A stretch of 63,198 nucleotides of DNA, the filler included, from Candidatus Fermentibacterota bacterium (lineage in GTDB: Bacteria; JAFGKV01): the NCBI GenBank assembly GCA_016928395.1. It is 6 parts of 6 records of this genome, joined end to end, with 100 filler letters (N's around TTAATTAATTAA, not from the genome) between each part and the next. Parts side by side here need not be neighbours in the genome. Positions count along the whole stretch, not along the records: positions 17,668 to 41,594 come from JAFGKV010000298.1; 5 more parts are not named here. The stretch is one strand, 5' to 3'. Under the pieces are notes generated by a model. That model was not told the origin of the DNA. It searched no databases and saw only the letters and a program-made list of their open reading frames with translations. Within the stretch, counting starts at the first letter, position 1. Each line of letters begins with the position of its first letter. This document shows, piece by piece, positions 17,801 to 27,473 of this stretch. Position numbers and translations under genes: made by a program.

Positions 17801-20800
17801 CTACAACGATGTTCTCGGGGCGCGCTCCCGCCGCTTTGGTAGGCATGCCTGTGGGCTCCACGCCCCCCATGCCTTGACCAGCAAGTTTCGCTCGCGGGCT
17901 TCCTGTTGACCGTACCGCGCCGTCAGGGCCTCACGATAGAGAGCCTCGGCGGTCTCATCCTCGCCCTCACGATGGGCGCATTGGGCCAGCAGGCCCTGAG
18001 CCCGCAAGCGTGCGCGGGGGTAGAACGATGCAATGCGCGGTTCCAGCCGCTCCCGCACGCCGCGGGTGTCACCCATCAGGGCAATGAGTTCCTCCCGGTG
18101 AAGCTCCAAGTCGACCTCCGTGATATGTATCCCGCTGGTCAACGCCAGCGGCGTTGCTCTCGACCGCAACGCTTCCAATGCCGACGTGACAAGCAGAAGA
18201 GCTTCCGCCGGGTCGCCGTCAGCGAGCGCGCACAGCGAGGCCGCGTAGTCGGTCAGCTCACGCCGCGTCCCATATCCGCGCGCTGATTCCACCGCGGCCC
18301 ACGCCAAGACGATCTCACCAAGATCAAGGCAAATCCTGGCGCGCTGCACAAGCGCTGCAAGAAGCGCCGGCGCATCGTCGGTACGCCGGATGAGCTTCTC
18401 CGCGTCATCTAGTGCCTCCAATGCCTGCCGCGGCTTCGCCGTATGGTAGTCGCAGCTTACGAGACCTAGACGAGTCCAGATTTCGCCCATGATGGAAGGC
18501 ACCGCGGCGGCCATTGCGCGGCCTCGCGCGAAGTAGCGTGAGGCTCTGCGGGGCTCTCCGGTGAAAAGGCACGTCTCGGCCAGGTCGTTGAAATACCACC
18601 ACGCCGCCGGTGAATCCTCTATGCCTCGCGCGGCCTTTGCGGCTTCACGCTTCGCGGAGTGGAAGGCCCCCCGGGCAGTGGCCACCAGCATCCGGGCATG
18701 ATGATACCGAAGCCATAGACCGGGTTCGGACTCAATCGACGCCATCATAAGAGGCAGGGCGCGACGCAAGACCCGGTTCGCATCGTCGGTTCGCCCCAAT
18801 CGGGCCAGCACATCGACCTGCTCCAGCATGGTCGATGCCTTGCGTGAGCCGTCCGCGGCCTCAACCAGCGGCTCCAGCTCCGCCAGGGCCTGCTCATACC
18901 GGCCCGCGATGCGCAGCATGACGGCTGCCCGAAGACGATGATAGTGGGCGCGGCGGCTGTCTCCCTGCTCTTCACACGAGGATGCCAAACGGACGTGGGC
19001 CACGCGAGACTCATCGAGCAGATTGCACTCGTAGAGCGAGTGGGCCAGATCACTCCACAGAGCCTCGACCTCGGCGCTTGGTATGCTGTCTTTGGGCATC
19101 CGTTCACGGATGCGCTCCGCCAGGGTCAGGTAGTGCAGGGAAACCTGAGGAAGCAACTTGGCGGCGGATTGCCGGGCGGCTTGGATGTATGCCCGCACCG
19201 CCTCCAGCCACGCTCCTCCCCGCTCCAGGTGTCGGGCCCGGGCGGCGTGACGATCCGTATGCCTGAGTAGATTCGCCATGGCGAGATGGGCACGCCGTCG
19301 GGATGCTGCATCGGAGAGGCGCGCCACTTCATCTCGGAACACGCCATTGGCGAATGCAAAAGTAAATGGATCGGTGACATTGCCCCGCAGGAGGCCGCGC
19401 CGCCGAGCTCTATCCAGGACGGTCAGGATCTCGCCTTCCCCGAGACCTGTCAGCGTGCGAAGCATGCCGAGATCGAACTCCCCTTCCGCCATAGCCGCAT
19501 GGAGAAGAATGAGCCTCTCATCGTCGCTCAGACCCACGAGCTTCTCCGCGGCCAGGAGCCGCACCCGCTCGGACAGAAGCGCCGGCATGGTTTCAAGGAC
19601 GACGCCCACTCCCTCGCCGCTCAGCTCCCCTGTCTCAAGAAGCGCCCGCACCACCTCATTGGCGATCAAAGGGTTTCCACCCGATGCGCGGAACACGGCG
19701 TCGGTGAGATCCTCCGAGGCCACCGCCCCCAGACGTTGCCCGATGAGGTCGCTGACCTGTCCCCGTTGAAGCGGCGCCAGATCGTGCGCCACGACACCGG
19801 CCATGCCCGTGAGCATCCCGACAGGGCCCTCAGCGGCCCCAGGCTCCCCTTCGATCGTGCAGCAGAGGGCCAATTGCCGAGGGAGACCAACTTGGTAGAG
19901 ATACACTAGGACTTCGGCGGTCTCCCTGTCCACCAAATGACCATCAGTTACCACCAGCGTCACCGGCGCCCATCCTTGCATGAGCGACGATATCGCCTGT
20001 AGCACTACCACGCGCTCGAAGGGCTGGGTTACCGGATCACTCTCGGGAAACACATCGGGCAGAATGGCGGAGAGCACCCGGGACCACGCGTGGTTCATGG
20101 GAGGCACACCGAATCTGGCGCATCCTTCCCGTAGTGTTGACACCAAAGGCGCATAGGGTACAGAAGACAATTCCGGCGTACATGCCATCCGAAGCACCCG
20201 AATGTGATCCGGTACTATTCCAACGACTCGCTCGAGCAGGGTCGACTTGCCCATGCCCGACTCACCGGTCACTATCGTCAACGTGTTGGCGGCTGTTGGT
20301 ACGAGGCGCTCGCTCAGCCATGCCACCTCCCGTTCGCGACCCACGAACACATCCTCATGCCAGTAAAGCGCCGCACCCTCGGAGCTTGCATGCCGCCAAC
20401 ATGCCCTTCCCGAGGCCTTGGCGGCGTACATGGCTCGATCCGCCATGGTGAGGAGTCCCTGTTTGTTCTGGGCATCGGTGGGAAATCGCGCCACGCCAAG
20501 ACTGGCGCTCACCGACCAGAGAGGCTGCAGGTTCGCAGCCGCGGCGCGCACGATCCGGGCTGCGATGGTTCCGCCGGCCGCTGCGTCGCCGCCTTTGACG
20601 ATCACAACGAACTCGTCGCCACCGTGCCGCGCTACCAGGTCGTCTCCGCGGATGCTGGAAACCAGGAGGTCGGCAAACCTCTGGATGACTCGATCTCCCT
20701 CGGCATGGCCATGATTGTCATTGACGGCCTTGAAGTTGTCGAGGTCAACGAAAAGCAGCCAGAAGCCGTCAGTTCGTCGGATGAGCTCGTCTAATGCACG

Positions 20801-20887
20801 GTCAAGGAACCGTCGGTTCGGGAGTCCCGTGAGGTCGTCGACATACGCTAGTTCGTCACCGGCAGGCACGCGGAACTTGGCCAGCAT
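17801..20887 (-). CDS. Diguanylate cyclase (GGDEF) - STAND/AAA ATPase - TPR-like fusion protein
   Basis: DDLTGLPNRR, DLDNFK, RGDD and RHGGDEF; then FVGRERE, Walker A GESGMGKST, Walker B-like LVVTDGHLVD and SGGNPL; helical C-terminus. ORF open from 21082. Confidence 0.88.
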   Translation of the reverse strand: MLAKFRVPAGDELAYVDDLTGLPNRRFLDRALDELIRRTDGFWLLFVDLDNFKAVNDNHGHAEGDRVIQRFADLLVSSIRGDDLVARHGGDEFVVIVKGGDAAAGGTIAARIVRAAAANLQPLWSVSASLGVARFPTDAQNKQGLLTMADRAMYAAKASGRACWRHASSEGAALYWHEDVFVGREREVAWLSERLVPTAANTLTIVTGESGMGKSTLLERVVGIVPDHIRVLRMACTPELSSVPYAPLVSTLREGCARFGVPPMNHAWSRVLSAILPDVFPESDPVTQPFERVVVLQAISSLMQGWAPVTLVVTDGHLVDRETAEVLVYLYQVGLPRQLALCCTIEGEPGAAEGPVGMLTGMAGVVAHDLAPLQRGQVSDLIGQRLGAVASEDLTDAVFRASGGNPLIANEVVRALLETGELSGEGVGVVLETMPALLSERVRLLAAEKLVGLSDDERLILLHAAMAEGEFDLGMLRTLTGLGEGEILTVLDRARRRGLLRGNVTDPFTFAFANGVFRDEVARLSDAASRRRAHLAMANLLRHTDRHAARARHLERGGAWLEAVRAYIQAARQSAAKLLPQVSLHYLTLAERIRERMPKDSIPSAEVEALWSDLAHSLYECNLLDESRVAHVRLASSCEEQGDSRRAHYHRLRAAVMLRIAGRYEQALAELEPLVEAADGSRKASTMLEQVDVLARLGRTDDANRVLRRALPLMMASIESEPGLWLRYHHARMLVATARGAFHSAKREAAKAARGIEDSPAAWWYFNDLAETCLFTGEPRRASRYFARGRAMAAAVPSIMGEIWTRLGLVSCDYHTAKPRQALEALDDAEKLIRRTDDAPALLAALVQRARICLDLGEIVLAWAAVESARGYGTRRELTDYAASLCALADGDPAEALLLVTSALEALRSRATPLALTSGIHITEVDLELHREELIALMGDTRGVRERLEPRIASFYPRARLRAQGLLAQCAHREGEDETAEALYREALTARYGQQEARERNLLVKAWGAWSPQACLPKRRERAPRTSL

Positions 20888-21537
20888 GGCACTGGCCCGT
20901 TCGTGCCGCAACGAAAGGCTATGGTTGCCGATCACCATGCTGCCGTATACCCGGAGGTGGGCAGCCGCGCCCGGCTGGCGCAGCGAAGCCCTTCCATGAG
21001 ATCTCCCGGAAAGATGCAGCCGTCGTCTGGTGTCGCCACCATCGCCGGATCGGGGAGTTTTCGGTTGGCTGGCACACGCCAAGACAACGTAGTCCCTATG
21101 TGGCCAACACTGCCATACGCATGTGTGTCGGATTCATCCACGCGTCGAGGGAGAGAATTGCCGCAACGCCCGGCCGGCAGGGTAACGATGGTGGGGAACA
21201 GAGCAGGTGCCACGGCGTGTATCCTGACAGGTGATCTTCCTCTAGTGTGGCCGCCTTGACCTTCGGGGGAGGAAGGTGAAACGTGCGCTGCCGAAGCACA
21301 AGCCTCGCGCCGCGTCATGACCTCGATACGCCTCCCGAACCTGCCCGCACGGGTTGACAGACCGAGCGGAAAGAAGGTAATAGGGAGCTGAGAGACTGTC
21401 TTTGAGATGCCACGCAGGATCCCCTGAATTCGATTCCGTTGGCAGCACACTGCCCTCTCGGCGAATGCACGCTGCGTGGGGGCTTCACTTGAAACCGCCC
21501 ATAGCGTGCCGGCCTCTTCCACGTGGAGTGATTAAAG

Positions 21538-22635
21538 ATGAGATACCTTTTTCTGACAGGTGTGTGCGTGGCTCTTGCGCTTGGCTGCGCATCGGTCGAA
21601 GGCCGGTATCGGAGCGCCGTGCGCAGCCGCGACGAGAACCGGATCCTGAAATTCATGCGCGGCAACCCTCAGGCCGGGGCGCTTGTTATGCAGGCCGCCT
21701 CGGTCTTGGACACCGTTCGGTTCGAACGAGCCGCCGCTGATACCGGCATTGTTTCGCTGCAGCACTTCGTGCAGACCTACCCGACAAACCCGCTGGCGCC
21801 CAATGCGAGCCTATTGCTGGCGGAACGGATCCGCCACCGAGACATAGCCCGCCTCACGGCCGAGGTGGAGAGCGATCCTCAGCCGGAACCTCTCGTTGCC
21901 TTGGCAGGCCTTCATTATGATGACGGAGACTTCGACGCCGCAGACAGCCTCTATCGCCGGGCCATTGCCCTTGCTCCCGACAATGCCAGCGCGCACACGG
22001 GCCTTGCCCGCGCGTATCTCGACCAGGGCATGGTGGACGAGGCGGACAGCGAGATAGAGATCGCCCAGCGCCTTGCTCCTACAGACGTGAATGTGCTGCT
22101 GGCGGCGGGCGAGTACTACAGGCTGGTCGGCCGTCCCGATCTGGCGATCGCTTCATTCCAGAGCGTGCTGAATAGCTCTCCTGATAATGCCGATGCACAC
22201 ATGGAACTGGGCCTTGTCTACCTTGACATAGGCCGGAATCGGAATGCAGTATGGGAGTTCCTCAGAGTGCGCGAGCTTGATGGCAGGAACGTCGTATCGC
22301 TATACTATCTGGCTGCGGCCTACGCGGACCAAGGCGACGGCGCAACCGCCTTGCGGCATCTCTCCACCTACCTGAATTCGCCGCACTCAGCCGAAGAAGC
22401 CGAAGTGCTCGCCAACGCCCGTGTCCTCTATGATCGACTGAAGTCCGAGGTACGAACGGGAATGGGAACGGGCGGCGAAGTATTCGCCGATCCGTCGAAT
22501 CCCGAGCCGAAGCCTGCACAGCCCCAGACCCAGAAGCCTGGGGCCACGAAGCAGCCTCCAGCCAGTGGAAGGCCCCCCGTGGGCGGAGGACGGGTCGGTG
22601 CCATCGGCACGGTGGGCGGCCGTAGAGGCAGATGA
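21538..22635 (+). CDS. TPR-repeat lipoprotein
   Basis: Lipobox-like ALGC; several TPR units; Pro/Gly-rich tail. Confidence 0.8.
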   Translation: MRYLFLTGVCVALALGCASVEGRYRSAVRSRDENRILKFMRGNPQAGALVMQAASVLDTVRFERAAADTGIVSLQHFVQTYPTNPLAPNASLLLAERIRHRDIARLTAEVESDPQPEPLVALAGLHYDDGDFDAADSLYRRAIALAPDNASAHTGLARAYLDQGMVDEADSEIEIAQRLAPTDVNVLLAAGEYYRLVGRPDLAIASFQSVLNSSPDNADAHMELGLVYLDIGRNRNAVWEFLRVRELDGRNVVSLYYLAAAYADQGDGATALRHLSTYLNSPHSAEEAEVLANARVLYDRLKSEVRTGMGTGGEVFADPSNPEPKPAQPQTQKPGATKQPPASGRPPVGGGRVGAIGTVGGRRGR

Positions 22636-23288
22636 ACGTGAGACACCTGGCCTTCCTCGTATGGTTGTCGCTTCTGCTGGTCCCCACCGCGGACACTGAG
22701 GAACCGGGGCTTCGTGTGGAGGGCGGCATCAGTGCCCTGAAACCACTGGGCAGCGTGGGCGATGATGTCGAAGTCGGCGGTGCCGATTTCACCGTTGGCG
22801 CCGGCGGCTATGCGTACGTGAACTACAGACTTGAGACGAGTTTTTCGGTCGGAGTGCGTTGCAGCTGGCACGGGCTTGGTGTGTCCGGTAACGGCGGAAA
22901 GCCATACGAGAACGCGTCGTTCATGAGCATTCTACTCGCCTCTACTCGAGTGTTCAATCCCGATGAAGACATCAGGCCGTTTGCGGTGGGAGCTATGGGG
23001 TTGTCGTGGATGAGGTGGCGGTACGCAGAGCCCCACCCGCTGGCAGAGGATCCCACCATAGTGCTCGACACCGACAGACGGCGCGCGACGACCTTCCTTT
23101 TGGGAGGCGGCGCCGAGATCCAGGTGGGCGACTACTGGGAATTCCTCCCCGCCTTGCACGTGCTCCTGCACGGATGGAGCAATCACACCCAATGGGTCAC
23201 CCAGTATGATGACGAGGAGAAGGAAAGGCCCGCCACCCCCAGGACCGTCTCGCTGGAGATCACCGTCGGAGTGGCGAGGAGGTTCTGA
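22632..23288 (+). CDS. Outer-membrane beta-barrel protein
   Basis: Signal peptide, alternating hydrophobic strands, C-terminal Phe; ATGA overlap with the TPR gene. Confidence 0.65.
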   Translation: MNVRHLAFLVWLSLLLVPTADTEEPGLRVEGGISALKPLGSVGDDVEVGGADFTVGAGGYAYVNYRLETSFSVGVRCSWHGLGVSGNGGKPYENASFMSILLASTRVFNPDEDIRPFAVGAMGLSWMRWRYAEPHPLAEDPTIVLDTDRRRATTFLLGGGAEIQVGDYWEFLPALHVLLHGWSNHTQWVTQYDDEEKERPATPRTVSLEITVGVARRF

Positions 23289-23345
23289 GCAAGCTTCTCC
23301 TTGACAGCGAGCTCCAGAGAACAGAATCTACTCCCGTGCAGTTGT

Positions 23346-23433
23346 GCCGAAGTGGTGGAATATGGTAGACGCGCTGCGTTCAGGGCGCAGTGGGCAGCAG
23401 CCCGTGGGGGTTCGAGTCCCCCCTTCGGCACCA
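23346..23433 (+). tRNA. tRNA-Leu(CAG)
   Basis: GCCGAAG/CTTCGGC acceptor stem; CTGCG-ttCAGgg-CGCAG anticodon arm; long variable arm; GTTCGAG; CCA. Confidence 0.96.
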
Positions 23434-23549
23434 GAAGGCGTCGTGCCTCCTCCGGAGTGCGGCGCCTTTTCTCGTCTATGCCACGGGCCGTCCTTGTGGA
23501 CGGGACGAACAGTGGCTGCAACTACCTTTCGCCGGAGCCTGCACGCACC

Positions 23550-23960
23550 ATGAGCAATCACCGCCGGGCCGCCATCTCGATCCCCACGGGCGAGCGCACT
23601 GCCCTGGTAGACATCACCGATGATGTTGATAGGGCTCTTCATGAACTGAATGTCCACGAGGGCATCCTCGTGCTTTTCTGCCCCCACACCACAGCCGGGC
23701 TCACCATCAACGAGGGGGCCGACCCAGACGTGGCGAACGACATCACAGAGACCCTCGCCCGCCTGGTGCCTGCCCAGGCAGGATATCGGCATGCCGAAGG
23801 CAATGCCGACGCCCACGTCAAGAGCACCCTGACAGGCGTATCCCTCTCTGTGGCCGTGGAAGATGGCCGCGTGGTGCTTGGCAGATGGCAACGCATCTTC
23901 TTCTGCGAGTTTGACGGCCCTCGTTCACGCCGGATCTGGGTCCGGTTCATCGGTACGTGA
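23550..23960 (+). CDS. yjbQ: YjbQ (UPF0047) family protein
   Basis: HTTAGLTINE, HAEGNADAHVKS and LGRWQRIFFCEFDGPR. Confidence 0.92.
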   Translation: MSNHRRAAISIPTGERTALVDITDDVDRALHELNVHEGILVLFCPHTTAGLTINEGADPDVANDITETLARLVPAQAGYRHAEGNADAHVKSTLTGVSLSVAVEDGRVVLGRWQRIFFCEFDGPRSRRIWVRFIGT

Positions 23961-24709
23961 CCAGCGAAACCCACCGCGACAACCCTCCAACCGCAGGGAA
24001 TGGCGGGCGAGAGGAGATGCCTTTTCTCGACCATTTGGATGAGCTGCGCTCCCGTATCATCAAGATCCTGGTGGCGGTGTGTGCCGGAGCATTGCTGGGG
24101 TATGCGGCGTCAGGCCGGGGGCTGAGCCTTCTGGCCCGCTCCGCCGGCGAGCTGCAATCCCTCAGCCCTCTTGAGACTTTCGGCGTCAGAATCAAGCTTT
24201 CGGTGGTTATCGGTCTCCTCCTTGCCCTGCCCTTTGTGCTGATCCAGATCTGGCGGTTCGTCGCGCCCGGGCTCTATCGCAATGAACAGCGCATCGCCAT
24301 GGGGCTCATCGTCTCCTCGACCCTCTGCTTCGTGGTCGGTGGCGCGTTCTCGTTTCTGGTCGTGGGCCCCAATGCGATGCGCATGCTGGCAGACTTCAGT
24401 CCTCCCGAGATCGCCAATCGCTGGAGCGTCGCAAAGTACGTAGCCTTTGTCCTGAATCTGATGCTGGCATTCGGAGCCATCTTCGAGATGCCCGTGGCGA
24501 TGTTCTTCCTCACCAAGCTCGGCATCGTCACCCCGCGACTCCTCCGCAAGAAGTGGCGCCACGCCATGGTGATCATCTTTATCCTGGCGGCAATCGTGAC
24601 CCCGCCCGATGTATTCACCCAGGTCATGCTGGCGATTCCTCTGATCCTGCTCTACGAAGTCGGCATCCTGGCCAGCATCGCGGCGCGTCCCCGAAGGAAG
24701 ACTTCGTGA
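23957..24709 (+). CDS. tatC: Twin-arginine translocase subunit TatC
   Basis: MPFLDHLDELRSR, QIWRFVAPGLY, FEMP and AAIVTPPD. Confidence 0.96.
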   Translation: MTSETHRDNPPTAGNGGREEMPFLDHLDELRSRIIKILVAVCAGALLGYAASGRGLSLLARSAGELQSLSPLETFGVRIKLSVVIGLLLALPFVLIQIWRFVAPGLYRNEQRIAMGLIVSSTLCFVVGGAFSFLVVGPNAMRMLADFSPPEIANRWSVAKYVAFVLNLMLAFGAIFEMPVAMFFLTKLGIVTPRLLRKKWRHAMVIIFILAAIVTPPDVFTQVMLAIPLILLYEVGILASIAARPRRKTS

Positions 24710-25686
24710 CCGCGGAACACATCCTCCGGGAGGTACAGGCCTCGATCAGCGAGGATCTTCGAGTCATGGACGAGATACTGGGAACAGTGGGATCGGAGAT
24801 CGCCGGCGTGCTGGGGCAGGAGGGCGGAGAACTGGTCGCTGCCACCGGAAAGCGTCTGCGCTCGACCCTGATGCTGCTCTGTGCAGGCATGGGTCAATCT
24901 CGCAATGGTGTGGCGCCGACTGCAGCCGCTATGGCGGAGCTTGTCCATCTTGCCACCCTCATTCACGACGACAGCATCGATGATTCGACGCTTCGGCGCG
25001 GCCGTCCGACTGCCCATGTGACCTGGAACCATAAAGTGGCCACCATGCTGGGCGACATGCTGTACTCCCGGGCGTTCGAGCTCTTGACGGAGCTGGGCGA
25101 TATGCGGCTTCTCCGGGTAATGGCCCACGCAACCCACGTCATGGCCCAGGGTGAGTTGGAGGAGTTTCTTCTTCGCGGCACCTTGCCTCTGGAGGATACC
25201 TATCTGCGAGTAGTCCACGCCAAGACCGCGGCATTCTTCGGGGCGTGCTGCAGGACCGGCGCGATCCTCGGCGGCGTGCCGATCGCCCACCAGCACTCGT
25301 TGGCGCGGTTCGGAGAGTCTTTAGGCACCGCCTTCCAGGTAGTCGACGACATCCTCGACTACACGGCCGAGGAGGAACAGATTGGCAAGGGCATGGGCAC
25401 TGATCTCCGTGACGGCATCATGACGCTGCCGCTCATCGCCGCCCTCTCGCGGGCGGGAAAGGATCGGCATTCTCTGCTCGCCATGGTCAAGGGGGTCGAA
25501 GAAGACGCCTCCCTCGTCGAGGGGATAGTCGCATCCGTCGTGCGACATGGCGGCATAGAGTATGCCCGGGGGGTCGCGCTGCGCCTATGCGACGAGGCTC
25601 GGGCACTGCTTGCGTGGCTTCCACCGAGTTCCTCCTCCCATTTCTTGGACCTCTTGGCCCAGTATGTAGTACAGAGAGAGAGGTGA
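24706..25686 (+). CDS. Polyprenyl diphosphate synthase
   Basis: GKRLR, LIHDDSIDDSTLRRG, KTA and FQVVDDILD; GTG overlaps the tatC stop. Confidence 0.93.
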   Translation: MTAEHILREVQASISEDLRVMDEILGTVGSEIAGVLGQEGGELVAATGKRLRSTLMLLCAGMGQSRNGVAPTAAAMAELVHLATLIHDDSIDDSTLRRGRPTAHVTWNHKVATMLGDMLYSRAFELLTELGDMRLLRVMAHATHVMAQGELEEFLLRGTLPLEDTYLRVVHAKTAAFFGACCRTGAILGGVPIAHQHSLARFGESLGTAFQVVDDILDYTAEEEQIGKGMGTDLRDGIMTLPLIAALSRAGKDRHSLLAMVKGVEEDASLVEGIVASVVRHGGIEYARGVALRLCDEARALLAWLPPSSSSHFLDLLAQYVVQRER

Positions 25687-25689
25687 TGC

Positions 25690-25956
25690 GTGAGCCCTCG
25701 TGCACGCCCCCTGGGAATCCTCGTCCTTGTGGTGTTCGTCGGCAGCATCTTCGGTGCTCTGGTGAGCCAGCTAATTGGGATTATTCTCCCTGAAGGTGTG
25801 ATTCGAGACTTCTTTGTGAAGGGATTCCAGCCCCACTTTGGGCCGCTCTCCATGGATCTCGGCGTGATCGGCTTCACCGTCGGCTTCACCTTGCGGCTGA
25901 CTGTGGCCAGCATTCTGGGAATCATGCTGGCAGTGCACATCTTCCGCTGGTACTGA
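25690..25956 (+). CDS. DUF4321-like small membrane protein
   Basis: Two hydrophobic segments with DLGVIGFTVGFTLRLTVASILG. Confidence 0.7.
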   Translation: MSPRARPLGILVLVVFVGSIFGALVSQLIGIILPEGVIRDFFVKGFQPHFGPLSMDLGVIGFTVGFTLRLTVASILGIMLAVHIFRWY

Positions 25957-25966
25957 AGGAGTCGCC

Positions 25967-27469
25967 ATGGGTCTTGAGGAGACAATTGCAGTGGCAGTGG
26001 AAAAGGTCGACCTCCTACGTGCGGATGGTATCGAACCCTACCCGGAACACACGCCTCCCAGGGAGAACGTGGCTACGGTGCTTCGCCTCTTCGAGGAGGG
26101 GTGTATAGAGGGTCCCATAGGTGTCGCGGGGAGGCTCCTGGCGAAACGGGGGCATGGCAGACTGGCGTTCGGCGACCTCGTCGAATCCGGGGCGAAGATC
26201 CAGCTCTTCCTGCGGGAAGGAACCTCGCCACAGCATGCCATGGCTCTATTCGGCCGCCTGGACGTGGGCGACTGGGTATGGGCATTCGGACCCGTTGTGC
26301 GAACCCGAAGCGGGGAAGTCAGCATCGACGTACAGGACCTGCGGATCCTCTCCAAGATCATCCGCCCCTTGCCGGACAAATGGAAGGGATTCCGGGATCA
26401 GGAGACACGGTACCGCCAGCGCTACCTTGACCTCATGGTCAATGAGGAGTCCCGGAGGACGTTCGTGCAGCGTGCGGCAGTCATCCGAGCCCTGAGGGAT
26501 GTAATGGACAGCAGGGGGTTCCTCGAGGTGGATACCCCGGTTCTTCAGACGCTGTATGGAGGCGCCGCGGCTCGCCCCTTCACTACCCACCATCACGTAC
26601 TCGATCGGGAGCTTTACCTGCGGATCGCCCTCGAGCTGCATCTAAAACGTCTCCTGGTGGGCGGGCTGTCCAAGGTCTATGAGATCGGAAAGTGTTTCCG
26701 CAATGAAGGTATGGATCGGCTGCACAATCCCGAGTTTGCCTTACTGGAGGCATATGAGGCCTTTTCCGATCGAGACGGAATGATGGACCTTGCCCAGGCC
26801 TTGCTACAGCACACGGCAGACCGGGTGGCGGGAACGAGACACATCTCATACCAGGGCCTTGACATCGACTTGGATGGCCCGTTTGCCCGTCACAGCATGC
26901 GGGATCTGCTCATGGAACACGCGGGGCAGGATCCTCAGGATGCGTCGATAGACGATTTGACCGAAGCGTGCGTTCGCCACGGGCTCGCGGAGCTTCCCGA
27001 GTCGCCCGATTCCGCCTGGCTCGTGGACAAGCTGTTCTCTCTGGCGGTGGAGCCAAGACTAATCCAGCCGACCTTCGTGACCAACCATCCCATCGAAATG
27101 TCGCCCCTTGCCCGCCCTGACAGCGCTGACGTGCGGACCGCCGCGCGGTTTGAGCTCTTTGTTGCGGGCAGGGAGCTGGTCAATGCCTACTCCGAGCTCA
27201 ATGAGCCTGCTGAGCAGCGCCGCAGGCTGGAGGCGCAGCGAGCAATGGGCGACATGGGCGAAGGGTATCCTGTGGACGAGGATTTCCTTCGCGCACTGGA
27301 GTACGGCATGCCACCGGCTGGCGGGCTTGGTCTGGGGGTCGACCGGTTGGTCATGCTTCTCACCGACCAGCCCGGCATACAAGACGTGATTCTCTTCCCC
27401 CACATGCGGCAGGAGACCGCACGCCACATCCTTCAGGAGACGCCCGATGATCCCATCGAGACCAAGTAG
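25967..27469 (+). CDS. lysS: Lysine--tRNA ligase (class II)
   Basis: RYRQRYLDL, GGAAARPF, FRNEG, HNPEF and EYGMPPAGGLGLGVDRL. Confidence 0.97.
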   Translation: MGLEETIAVAVEKVDLLRADGIEPYPEHTPPRENVATVLRLFEEGCIEGPIGVAGRLLAKRGHGRLAFGDLVESGAKIQLFLREGTSPQHAMALFGRLDVGDWVWAFGPVVRTRSGEVSIDVQDLRILSKIIRPLPDKWKGFRDQETRYRQRYLDLMVNEESRRTFVQRAAVIRALRDVMDSRGFLEVDTPVLQTLYGGAAARPFTTHHHVLDRELYLRIALELHLKRLLVGGLSKVYEIGKCFRNEGMDRLHNPEFALLEAYEAFSDRDGMMDLAQALLQHTADRVAGTRHISYQGLDIDLDGPFARHSMRDLLMEHAGQDPQDASIDDLTEACVRHGLAELPESPDSAWLVDKLFSLAVEPRLIQPTFVTNHPIEMSPLARPDSADVRTAARFELFVAGRELVNAYSELNEPAEQRRRLEAQRAMGDMGEGYPVDEDFLRALEYGMPPAGGLGLGVDRLVMLLTDQPGIQDVILFPHMRQETARHILQETPDDPIETK

Positions 27470-27473
27470 CGGG

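Noticed and set aside
21340..21480. Possible riboswitch upstream of the TPR lipoprotein (CTGAGA-containing)
   Set aside because: Lacks the remaining conserved TPP or other riboswitch motifs.
23301..23549. Upstream extension of yjbQ
   Set aside because: Runs through tRNA-Leu; the start at 23550 fits the family length.
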